This document shows, in pieces, positions 50,392 to 62,039 of a stretch of 64,000 nt of DNA (position 1 is its first letter; each line of letters starts with the position of its first letter). The notes below the pieces were generated by a model. It was given only the letters and a program-made list of their open reading frames with translations, ran no database searches and had not been told where the DNA came from. The stretch lies in the NCBI RefSeq assembly GCF_018350175.1, contig NC_058368.1, positions 217,932,001 to 217,996,000 on the forward strand, read 5' to 3'. Made by a program: the position numbers and the translations under genes. Source of the DNA: Felis catus. Its lineage: Eukaryota.

Positions 50392-53300
50392 GTTTTTTTG
50401 TTTTGTTTTGTTTTTTAAAGTTAGTTAACAAATAGTGTAATAACAGTTTCAGGAGTAGAATTTAATACCCAGTGCCTATCCCAACAAGTGCCCTCCTTAT
50501 TGCTTATTACCCATTTAGACCAACCCCCAACCAATACCCCTCAGTTTGTTCTCTGTATTTAAGACTCTCTTACGGTTTGTCTCCCTCTTTTTATCTTATT
50601 TTTCCATCTCTTCCCCTATATTCATCTGTTTTGTTTCTTAAGTTCCACATGAGTGAAATCTTACATTTGTCTTTCTCTGACTTATTTCGCTTAGCATAAT
50701 ACACTCTAGTTCCATCCATGTTGTTGCAAATGGCAAGATTTTTTTTTATTTTTGATCACAATATTTCATTGTGTATATATACCACATCTTCTTTATCCAT
50801 TCATCAATCGATGGACATTTGGGCTCTTTCCATTATTTGGTTATTGTTGATAACGTTGCTGTAAACATTGGGGTGCATGTGCCCCTTTGAAACAGCATTT
50901 TTGTACCTTTTGAATAAATACCAGTAGTGCAATTGCTGAGTCATAGGGTAGCTCTATTTTAAAATTTTTTGAGGAGCCTCCATACTGTTCTCCAGAGTAG
51001 CTATACCAGCTTGCATTCACAGCAACAGTGCAAAAGAGTTCCTCTTTTTCCATCTCCTCACCAACATCTGCTGTTTCTTGAGTTGTTAATTTTAGCCATT
51101 CTGACAGGTTTGAGGTGATATCTCATTGTGGTTTTGATTTGTAGTTCCCTGATAATGAGTGTATTTAGGCATCTTTTCATGTGCCTGTTAGCCATCTGGT
51201 GGTCTTCTTTGGAAAGTGTCTGTTCATATCTTCTGCCCATTTCTTCACTGGATTATTTGTTTTTCGGGTGTTGAGTTTAATAAATTCTTTACAGATTTTT
51301 GGATACTAACCCTTCATTAGATATGTCATTTGCAAATATCTTCTCCCATTCTGTCGGCTAACTTTTCATTTTGTTGATTGTTTCCTTACCTGTATTGAAC
51401 CTTTTATTTTTATAAGAATGTTTAGTTTTTTAAGTGTAGCTATTTTGAGAGAGAGACACTGAGCATGGAGAAGGCAGAGAGAGAGGGAGAGAGAGAACCC
51501 CAAGCATGTTCCACACTCAAGCACAGGGCCTGATGTGGGGCTCAAACCCACAAATCATAAGATCATGACCTGAGCTAAAAACAAGAGTTGGACACTTAAC
51601 CAACTGAGCCACCCAGGTTCTCCTGTGCTGAACCTTTTTATCTTGATGAGGTCCCAGTTAATTTTTGCTTTTGTTTCCCTTGCCTCCAGAGACATTCCTA
51701 GTAAGAAGTTTCTGCAGTGGAAGTCAATGAGGTTTCTGCCTGTGTTCTCCTCTAGGATTTGGATGGTTTCCTGTCTTACATTTAGGTCTTTCACCCATTT
51801 TGAGTTTATTTTTGTGTATGGTGTAAGAAAGTGATCTACATTCATTCTTTTGCATGTAGCTTCCAGATGCCCCAACACCATTTTCTGAATAGACTGTCTT
51901 TTTTCATTGGATATTCTTTCCTGCTTTGTCAAAGATTAGTTGCCCATATGTTTGTGGGTCCATTTCTTGGTTTTCTCTTCTGTTCCGCTGATCTATGTGT
52001 CTGCCTTTGTGCCAGAACCATACTGTCTTGATGATTACAGATTTGTAATATAGGTTAAAGTCTGGAATTGTGATGCCTCCACTTTTGGTTTTCTTTTTCG
52101 ACATTATTTTAGCTATTTAGGGTCTTTTCTAGCTCCATAAAAATTTTAGAATTGTCTGTTCTAGCTCTATGAAGAATGCTGGTGTTATTTTGATAGGGAT
52201 TGCCCTGAATGTATAGATTGCTTTGAATAGTATTGACATTTTAACAATATCTTCTCTCCGAATCCAGGAGCATGGAATATTTTTCCATTTCTCTGTGTCT
52301 TCTTCAATTTCGTTCATAAGCTTTCTATGGTTTGCAGCATAGAGATCTTTTACCTCTTCAGTTATAGTTATTACTATGTATTTTATGGGTTTTGGTACAA
52401 TTGTAAATGGGATTGATTCCTTGATTTCTCTTTCCACTGTTTAATTTTTAGTGTATAGAAGTGCAGCTGATTGTATATTGATTTTATATCGTGAGAATTT
52501 GCTGGATTCCTGTCTCAGTTCTAGCAGCTTTTTGGTGGAGTCTTTCAGATTTTCTACATAGGATCATGCTGTCTGCAAAGAGTAAAAGTTTGACTTCTTC
52601 CTTGCCAATTTGAATGCCTTTTATTTCTTTTAGTTGTGTGATTGATGAGGTAAGGATTTCCAGTACTATGCTGAACAGCAGTGGTGAGACAGGACATCCC
52701 AGTCGTTTGTGACCTTAGGGGGAATGCTTTCATTTTTTTCCCATTGAGGATGATATTATCCATGTGTTTTTGTATATGGCCTTTATGATATTGAGGTATA
52801 TTCCTTCTATCCCTACTTTCTTGAAGGTTTTTATCAAGAAAGAATACAGTATTTTGTCAAATGTTTTCTATGCATCTATTGAGAGGATCATGTGGTTCTT
52901 ATCATTTCTTTTATTAATATGATGTATCACATTGATTGATTTGCAGATATTGAACCAGCCCTGCACCCCAGGACTAAATCCCACTTTATTGTAGCAAATA
53001 ATTCTTTTAATGCATTGTTGGATCCAGTTTTCTTAGTATTTGTTGAGAATTTTTACATCCATGTTCATCAGAGAGATTGGTCTGTAATTATCCTTTTTAT
53101 AGGGGTCTTTGCCTGGTTTTGGAATCAAGGTAATGCTGGCCTTGTAGAAGGAGCTTGGAAGTCTTCCTTTTTTTTTTTTTTTTTTTTTTTGTAACAGCTT
53201 CAAAAGAATAGGTATTAACTCTTCTTTAAATGTTTGGTAGAATTCCCCCTGGAAAGCTACCTGGTTCTGGACTCTTGATTGTTGGGAAATTTTGATTACT

Positions 53301-54160
53301 GATTCAATTTCTTTACTGGTTATGAGTCTTTTCAATTTTCTATTTCTTCCTGTTCAGTTTTGGTAGTTTGTGTGTTTCCAGGAATTTATCCATTTCTTCC
53401 AGATTTCCCAATGTGTTGGTATATAATTGCTTATAATATTCTCTTATTATTGTTTGCATTTTTGTGGTGGTGGTTATGATCTCTCCTCTTTCACTGGTGA
53501 TTTTATTTGGGTCCTTTTTCTTTTTGATAAATCTGGTTAGGGGTTTATCAATTTTATTAATTTTTTCAAAGAATCAGTTCCTATTTTTGTTGATCTCTTC
53601 TGTTTTTTGTTTGTTTGTTTGGTTGGTTTTTTTGATTTTCAGATCATTGGTTTCTTTATTATTTCCCTTCTTCTGCTGGTCTTGGGCTGTATTTGGTATT
53701 CTGTTTACAGCTCCCTTAAGTGTAAGATTAGGTTGTGTATTTGAGACATTTCTTCCTTCTTTAAGAAGGTCTGGATTGCTATATATTTTCCTCTTATGAC
53801 CCCTTTGCTACATACCAAAGGTTTAGACTTTCGTGTTTTCATTTTCATTGGCTTCCATGTACTTTTTTAATCTCCTCTTTAATTTCCTGGTTAACCCATT
53901 CATTATTATGTAGGATATTCTTTAATCTCCAAGTATTTGTGGCCTTTCCAAATTTTTTCATATGGTTGATTTCAAGTTTCATATGCATGGTATGATATTT
54001 ATCTTTTTGTACTTGTTGAGGTCTGATTTGTGAACCAGTATGTGATCTATTCTGGACAATGTTCCGTGTGCACTTGAGAAAAATGTGTATTCTGCTGCTT
54101 TAGGATGAAATGTTCTGCAAGTATTTAACAAATCCATCTGGTCCAGTGTGTGGATGATTC
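50392..54160 (-). mobile_element. 5'-truncated carnivore L1 (about 3.8 kb, most of ORF2 plus 3' UTR) inserted in ERV RT
   Basis: Minus-strand ORF2 peptides [55 protein letters not shown]-rich tail at 50392-50416. Confidence 0.97.
51408..51623 (-). mobile_element. CanSINE in L1
   Basis: Flanks TGAACCTTTT(T)AT. Confidence 0.93.
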
Positions 54161-55046
54161 AAAGTCTTACTGGCTTTTGTTTAGGAAGGAGTTCAGTATT
54201 TATGGCACAGTATGCTACAAGATTTCAGTACTCTTCTTATTTTATCTAGTCCTTTATAAGGAGACTTATAGAAGTTTGTCCCACAAGAGGGATCCATGAC
54301 TTATTTACTATGTAGATGATCTGCTGATACCCTGAGAAATGAAATAATAATGCAAAACATACACTTCAAATTTGGCTACAATTTCTTGCTTCACAGGGGC
54401 ATAAGGCCTCACTAGACATTACAATATTGCCAAAGTGAAGTAAAATATTTACGACATCTGTTAAAGGCAGCAAGTATTACAATCCAGGAGTCAGCTAATT
54501 AACACAGTCAATGTTATAATCTACAAGCTTGAAAATGTGATAGCCTAATTTAAAAAAAAAAGCAATTAAACAAAAACCCAAATAGACAATTTGGGGACTA
54601 GTAGGATATCATAGACAGTGGATCCCAGCTTTTGCAGAAGCAGCAAAACCACTGACACAGTAACTGCAAGGTAATTCTCCAGATCCTAGGATAGTTCCTA
54701 GGAACTGCAGAGATTTTGAACAACTTAAACTTGCTATTGTCTTTCTCTTAGCTTAGAAATTCAAGATTCTGAAAAACCTTTTTTTTTTGTCATGAAAATA
54801 AAGGTGCTGCTAGTGAAATTTTAACTGAAATTTGGATGTGGACTAGAGATCAATGGTATATTTCTTCCTTCTTCTCAGAGAGGTGACACTGGGAATGCCT
54901 GGATGCCCCAAGCAGTCCAACAAGCCACACTTGTAAAGAGCTCTAGCCTACCCATGGGTTATTGGAAAGCTGCTACCTTACAAGTGCACAGGACCCAGCA
55001 TATGTCAGTGCACTATCAGACTAGCTATGAATGAGCATTATTTTCT

Positions 55047-55493
55047 CTTTTTAATGTTTATTTTTTTATTGTTTTTTTTTCAACGTTTTTATTTATTTTT
55101 GGGACAGAGACAGACAGAGCATGAACGGGGGAGGGGCAGAGAGAGAGGGAGACACAGAATCAGAAACAGGCTCCAGGCTCCGAGCCATCAGCCCAGAGCC
55201 TGACGCGGGGCTCGAACTCACGGACCGCGAGATCGTGACCTGGCTGAAGTCGGATGCTTAACCGACTGCGCCACCCAGGCGCCCCTGTAATGTTTATTTT
55301 TGAGAGAGAGAGACTGAGAGAGCACGTGTGCATGTATGGGAGGGAGAAAAGAGGAGAGAATCCCAAGCAGGCTCTGTGCTGTCAGCACAGAGTCTGATGC
55401 CAACATGGGGCTCCATTTCATGAAATGTGAGATCATGACCTGAGCCAAGATCAAAAGTCAGTTGCTTCACCGAATAAGATACCCATTTGCCCC
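55047..55493 (-). mobile_element. Older CanSINE hosting a nested young SINE in its tail
   Basis: Outer TSD GAGCATTATTTTCT at 55033-55046 and 55494-55507. Confidence 0.93.
55066..55285 (-). mobile_element. Young felid SINEC_Fc-type SINE (nested)
   Basis: CpG-intact body; inner TSD TAATGTTTATTTTT at 55052-55065 and 55288-55301. Confidence 0.96.
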
Positions 55494-58140
55494 GAGCATT
55501 ATTTTCTAATACTGATATCTACTTGGAGACACAGTTCCCTAAAGCTTGCTGCATTTTTCATTGTTGTTGTTTTGTTTGGTGTTTTAACCAGATGCTGATC
55601 AAATAGAGGATCATGACTGTACCATGCTAATAAAAGGCACTAGTCCCTCACTGGATCTATCTGATGTATCTGTATTTGGAACAGGAATATGGCAGTATTT
55701 ACTTATGAGTCACATCCTTGGGACAACAATTGCAACTTAAGTTATCCAATGCTGTGGTTATTTCCCTTGAAATACTGAAAGCTTGTATTTTGTCTGAAAT
55801 TAAGTAGGTACAAGTAGCTGAATTTATGGCAGTTATAGGAACTAAAATTGTTGGTTTACGATTTAAAGATTATTATACGGACATACACATTGAGTTTGTG
55901 TGTGTTTGGGAGTGTTTGGTGTCTGTCATGCAACAGGGAACATTTAGAAAAAATAGGGGATTCTTGACTTTGATGAGAACTAAAATGTCGCACAGAAAAT
56001 TCATCACTGATTTGTGAGAGGCTTTATAACTAACTGCCTGCTTAGATATCAGTAATGCAATGTAGAGCTCACATAGGGCAGAAAAACATTTCTAAAGTCA
56101 ATAATTTTGCTGACAAACTTAAAAAACAGAAAAACTTCAAAATATGGCAGACTCCAAACTTAGAAGCCCCACTTTTAACACAATAAAAATTTTCATTTAT
56201 GTAAAAAAAAGTCACAAAAGGAAATGAATAAATGGACTTACAGAAAGAGGATAAAAATAATTCAATGAGTAATAGGAATTATCTGGTGAAATAATTTCTA
56301 CACCACAGTCTTTATTTGCTTGGTTAAAATTGTTGTGTTGCCTATACAAGCATCTGAGTACCTAGGCTCTTAGTGTACCTACCAAAAAGATAAAAGTATT
56401 TAAAACATATTAAGAAACATTCTATATGTCAGAATTTTTTATAGTCCACTGCTAAGGTATTTTCAGGAAGTTGCCCATCAACTTTAGAAGTTACCTGGTG
56501 GTAGCTGTATTTCACAGAATCACTGCCTGTACAAAGGAGGAAATGTGGCTTAATTATGGAATACACAAAACTCCTACTTTGGGGTATCAGAGCATACTGA
56601 ATCAAATTGGAGGATTATTCCTACTGTAATCTAGAAATTTATGAAAGTTTTACAGATTCCTATTAGTTATTTTCATATTTCCTGATCTTCAGTTCTTTGG
56701 GCAAATGGAATGGATGAACCAAACTCAAAAACAACAACTACAAGTACAAAAAACCCAATTTAACAAAATGGCCTAGAGATTTACTATTAGTTTTATTAAG
56801 AACTACAGTAATCCTGCTTGCAGGGATGGTGCCTCTTCTTTTGGGCTTATGTTTGACAGGCCTATAAATTTGGGTCTGAGAATCTGTCCTGTGCTAAATT
56901 TAACTGAATCTTCTTATAATCATTTTCATATTTAAACACTGTATCTCTCTTCCTAAGAAATCAGAGGCAAAGTCAAAAGGACCTGGATGGACCCACATGA
57001 AGAAATCTGTCACCTTTATCTATCAGGGGATTTCATCTACATAACAGTATTCCAGAGGAAAGATGGGCTCTCCCCATGCTGAGAGGGAGCCTTTCAGGTG
57101 CTGCTGACCAGTCAGAAAGCTATAAAGTGACATGAATATCCAGCAAGAATAATGCATCCCATGAGACGCCAGCATAGAAGGAGGACTGAACTGTGGCCTC
57201 CACAAGCACTTGAAAACTAAGTCTTCCCCAGTAACTGATACTGGTATTGAACTCAAACGAAAGGACGTATTCCAGAGAACTTGCTACTATTCTCATATTT
57301 TACTTTGCTTTCCTACTTCAGTGATGGCTTCTTCAATTACTTTAAGGATTTTTTACTAGAAGATAAACATTAAACCTATTGCACTATTTTCCCCCATAGT
57401 CCCAGTAATGATTCCTATGCATATAAAAGGGAACAACTAGGGTACTGAGCCTACGACCATATCAAGAAATACAGAAAGATGTTGAAGAAAAGAAAAATTT
57501 CTCATTAGAAGACAAACAATTTAGCATTTACGGACAGAAGCTGCAAAGGACAGATCCAATGTCAGTTAACAATGAGGAGGTTCTCTCCAGGAAGAGTACA
57601 AGTAGATAAACAAAGGTAGATGTCTACTATTCACAGAGACCTAACTGACATCAATATAGCTATACATTTTGACCAATGTGAAAACTGGCCCATATGTTGT
57701 ATTTGTCTTAATGACTTAAAACAATTAAAGCTATGTACATTAAACACTGGAATTACAATTGCTATTCGGTGAGTGCCTCATAATAAGACTTTGAAACTGA
57801 ATAATGGCAATGAGTGTCATTGTGTTTCACATCTGAGAAAAATTATTTGGGGAAAACTGAGTACTTACTGACGCACCTAGATTAGTGTGTAAATATAAAG
57901 TAACTTATGTGATTAACAAAAACTCAAGAGAAATGCAGTGAGCTTTATAAGAAAAACGCTTAGATAAAAATTTAGATTATCAAGCTCCAGGGTCAAGCAT
58001 AAAGACATCATGACAGTTTGTGTAATTAATGTATGATAAAGAAAAATTTTATTGCACTGCTAATCAACAATCTGCTTTAACCATTCATTATCAATATATT
58101 TAAGGGTAATTCCCCCAAGGCAAATATTGTACTTAATTTT

Positions 58141-58345
58141 TATTTTTCATTTTTTAAGTTTATTTATTTATTTTGAGAGAGACAGAGATGGCATGAGCAT
58201 GGGAGGGGCAGACAGAAGGGGAGACAGAGAATCCCCAGCAGGTTCCACGCTATCAGTGCAGAGCCCAACATGGGGAACTGTGAGATCATGACCTGAGCCA
58301 AAACTAGCAGTCAGATACTTAACTGACTGAGCTACCCAGATGCCC
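58141..58345 (-). mobile_element. CanSINE
   Basis: TSD TGTACTTAATTTT at 58128-58140 and 58346-58358. Confidence 0.94.
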
Positions 58346-58367
58346 TGTACTTAATTTTAAAAATTTT

Positions 58368-58595
58368 GGGGGCGACTGGGTGACTCAGTCGGTTGAGCGT
58401 CCGACTTCAGCTCAGGTCATGATCTTGTGGTTCGTGAGTTCAAGCCCCACATCGGATTCTGTGCTGACAGCTCAGAGCCTGGAACCTGCTTCAGATTCTG
58501 TGTCTCCCTCTCTCCCTGCCCCTTCCTTGCTCATGCTCAGTCTCTCTCTCTCAAAAATAAAATAAAAATTACAAAATTAAAAAAAATACATTAAA
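58368..58595 (+). mobile_element. CanSINE, head-to-head with previous copy
   Basis: GGGGGCGACTGGGTGACTCAGTCGG head, A tail. Confidence 0.94.
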
Positions 58596-58730
58596 ATTCA
58601 TCCTGTTGTAATTCCAATAATTGTTTTGCTTTGCACTCTATTGGAGACTTACTAGCTATTTATATAGTCAGATTTTTTCTTTAATTACCCAGAGAAAACA
58701 AGAACTAGTAATGATGATAATGACAAGAAT

Positions 58731-59170
58731 TGTAGTGTTACTATCAAATAGAAACAAATGGCAGACACATCAGAAAGGTAAATACTAATCTAAAAGTAAT
58801 AAATTTCAGATTCCCCCAATCCCAAAAGAGAAAGACAAACTATCTTTTCTTTTAGCCTCCCCACTCCAAAAAACAAACAAACAAAAAAAGCAAAGAGAAA
58901 GAAAAGCACAGAAAAAGAAAAGACTTGTGTTTGCAAATCATTTCTCTATATCTTTGAGAGATGTGTTTATTTTATTAAATATATATAAATGAGGCTCTTG
59001 CCAGTTTTACATTCCAGGGCTTATCTTTCTTGAGCGTCTTAGAATATGAATATCAAAGAGGATGGCAACCTGTAATCTACTCTCTGTGGGAGTTTAGCTG
59101 AGGCACTTGGTTCTAAGTTACAATTTCTGTTTGTCAAAAAGATACAAGAAATAAATTCAGTTATAAAAAT
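58731..59170 (+). mobile_element. 3' LTR of provirus (3'-truncated, A-rich insert near 58868-58922)
   Basis: Starts TGTAGTGTTA; 59088-59150 aligns ungapped with 47582-47644 at 46/63 identities. Confidence 0.8.
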
Positions 59171-59572
59171 AAAATCATTTCCTAAAATTGATATTAATAA
59201 ATAAGGGCAAACATGTATTTTAGAACACTGACATTATTTAAAAGAATAAAATTGATGGCCTAAAATTTCCCTTCTTAACATACCTACCTTCATTATTCAT
59301 CATTGGACTCATCTCCATTTTTGGGTTTTCCATGTACCCACAAATAATGATAAAGTATTTACAGCACCTTTATTTCTGATCTTGGTAAACTATATCATCA
59401 CAATGTCTTTGTGTGAATACATTTACTTTGTACACTTGAAAAATTTCTATTAAAAAATCTACATCAATGATACGATTTTTATGTTCTTTTCCTAATGTTC
59501 TCAAATATTTTGTGAAAAGAATAACTTGGGAAGAATCTTACCATTAGATAATTTCTCAGAACTCCAACTTCT

Positions 59573-59800
59573 TTTTTTTTTTTTAATTTTTTTTTTCAAT
59601 GTTTATTTATTTTGGGACAGAGAGAGACAGAGCATGAAAGGGGGGGAGGGGCAGAGAGAGAGGGAGACACAGAATCGGAAGCAGGCTCCAGGCTCCGAGC
59701 CATCAGCCCAGAGCCTGACGCGGGGCTCGAACTCACAGACCGCGAGATCGTGACCTGGCTGAAGTCGGACGCTTAACCGACTGCGCCACCCAGGCGCCCC
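59573..59800 (-). mobile_element. Young felid SINEC_Fc-type SINE
   Basis: CpGs intact; perfect 15-bp TSD AGAACTCCAACTTCT at 59558-59572 and 59801-59815. Confidence 0.97.
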
Positions 59801-61396
59801 AGAACTCCAACTTCTAAAAACATGGCTTCAAATGATTCAAGATGACTGCAGTAGTACTGTTTTTTTTTGTTGCTGTTTTGTTTTTTTTGGCTCACATTTT
59901 AGTGCATCCCTACAGTTTAATATAGAATATTGTACTGTGTTAATATATAAATACAATATAGCATAGCTATTAGGGAAAAAAACAGGTGAATACTTAATTC
60001 CTGAACAGATTTTAAATTTTTATATTATTTAAGAGTAAATTTTCTACATCTACTTCTAAATATTCCCAACAGAAAATAAGTTCACAACTGTGTCCTCAAG
60101 AAGTAATTACCCCTCAAATTAGTGTGTCCATAGCATCTAGTATGTACCTATAAAGTTCACCTTTTCTTTTGATAAAACTACATAGTTAACTTCAGAAGAT
60201 CTTAATTTTTATGCTGCTTGATGTGGAAAATTCCCTAGGATTCATGGTCTGAGTTACCACTGAGTAGATGTTATCAATATTTCTTTTGAAGAATATAATG
60301 CATCCAATAAAGTAAGAGGAGAGATTGCCACAATGGGGCTATGAAAGAATGAATAGTTCATTAGTATAGTGACTCTTTCCTTTCATCTGCATCTTTTGGA
60401 ATTAGCATACAGTACAGGACTTGTGTGCTGTCATTTGTGAAAGGGTTGGATATAGGAGTTTCTTGAGATGATGAACTTGGATATTCTTGAAAGTGCTTAC
60501 TTAGCAGTTTTAGGTAACTGGTTACACATAGTTGATACAACAAACACTTGGATCTGCTAACATTTGATTAGTCAAAGGGACTGATTTCCTTTAGAAACTG
60601 TAAAATAGGTCATTAAATGGGCTTAGTCAAGATTTACAACATTAAATTATCATTTTAATTATATTAATAGGACTCTCTGTTGCTAAGAAATAAAAAGCTT
60701 ATATGTCCTCTTAACTAGAAACAGTTAATGTAGAGAGGAGACAAAGATGGTACATATTTTACACTAAGAAATCCAGTTATACAGATTTATATCAATTTGA
60801 AAAAAAATTTAGAATGTGCTACAGCATTCATCACACTACAGATAAGGAGATTTTACCTTAAGTTGAAACTTCTAAATAGTTTCACCCAGTTCGTTCTAAC
60901 CCCAGTATAGCCTAAATAATAAAGATAGGTATAACTTCAAAAAGATAGACTGTACAATTCTGGAAATAAAAATAAATAAATGAATAAACATGATGTATTT
61001 TATAACCTGTGCCACTCTCCACTTTGCGGTAGTGGCAACTTTTTGGATATGAGAATCTGGAGATAATTTAAAGGTAAATAGGACAACTTTGTATCAGAGA
61101 ATTTTAGGAAACCCCCTCCATCATCATTTCTGTCGTACCATGGGTTCTAGGATATAAATAGAGAGTTCCTGCATCCGAGTTTTATGTTGAGTCTCACATT
61201 TACATAGCTGCTAAATTCATATTCCACTCACATCTGTCAAGACATTCAGTGATTCCAGTTACTCTCTATGGTGTGATACTGAAAATGAAGGACTGGGATG
61301 AGAAGAAGCAAACAGGGAGATACTTCAGGTAGTGATACAGTAAGTGATATGCCTAGGAGTAAGAAAGGACATAGAAATCATTATGATAAAAGTAGT

Positions 61397-61608
61397 GGGG
61401 TGCCTGGGCGGCTCAATTTTTTAAGCATCTGACTCTTGATTTCAGCTCAGGTCATGATCTCATGGTTCTGTGTGACTGAATCCCGCATTAGGCTCTGCGC
61501 TGACAGTATGGAGCCTGCTTGTAATTCTCTCTCTCTCTTCTCTCTGCCCCTCCACTCTCCCTCTCTTTCTCAAAAATAAATAAAACCTTTAAAAAAACTC
61601 TTAAAAAA
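61397..61608 (+). mobile_element. CanSINE
   Basis: GGGGTGCCTGGGCGGCTCA head, (CT)n, A tail. Confidence 0.93.
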
Positions 61609-61934
61609 GAGTAAGGGCTGCAACAGACTTATGTTTAGAGTTCTATGAGACCACATATAGGAGAGAAATATATTCTCTCTTGCAGTCAGAGAGCCTGCGC
61701 GAAGGGATCCAAGCATATAATCTTAAAGACAACATGTAATGAACATTATATACAGTTAGAAAATGAAAATATCTTTAGGGAGTTCGACCTTCTGGTCACA
61801 GTAAAGGAGAAATGGAAGAGAAGTTAGGGTGTCAAGATCACCCGGGAAAAAACTGTCAGGCAAAAAGGTGTCATTAAAGTTTGGGTGCTCAGATGGGCAT
61901 TTGACATTGCTTACTGTAAAGAGGAAGATTTCTT

Positions 61935-61936
<2 letters not shown>

Positions 61937-61980
<44 letters not shown>
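61937..61980. repeat. (TG)n(CG)n alternating purine-pyrimidine tract
   Basis: Read directly from sequence. Confidence 0.95.
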
Positions 61981-62039
61981 ACACCCAGTGAATAATGTAG
62001 CAAATAGCACAAAATCATTTATTTTTTTAATTAAGAATT

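Larger units (their letters stand above)
54165..57170 (+). pseudogene. pol: ERV pol remnant: RT catalytic core, RNase H, integrase
   Basis: YVDDLLI at 54309-54329, GHKAS 54397-54411, QYCQSEVKYL, GLVGYHRQWIPAFAEAAKPLT; RNase H QVAEFMAV, YTD, FGVCHATG, NRGFLT; IN GQMEWMNQT, LMFDRP, EGAFQVLLTS. Confidence 0.9.
57250..58700 (+). pseudogene. env: Probable heavily deleted ERV env remnant
   Basis: Lies between IN and 3' LTR; possible ISD relic MQ*AL*EKRL...LDY near 57933-57980 and hydrophobic PVVIPIIVLLCTLL near 58602-58643. Confidence 0.4.
47330..59170 (+). mobile_element. Ancient near full-length class I ERV provirus (epsilon-like/HEPSI-type), non-coding, interrupted by L1 and SINEs
   Basis: Paired LTRs, PBS, and gag/pro/RT/RNase H/IN/env remnants in canonical order on one strand. 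Confidence 0.88.
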
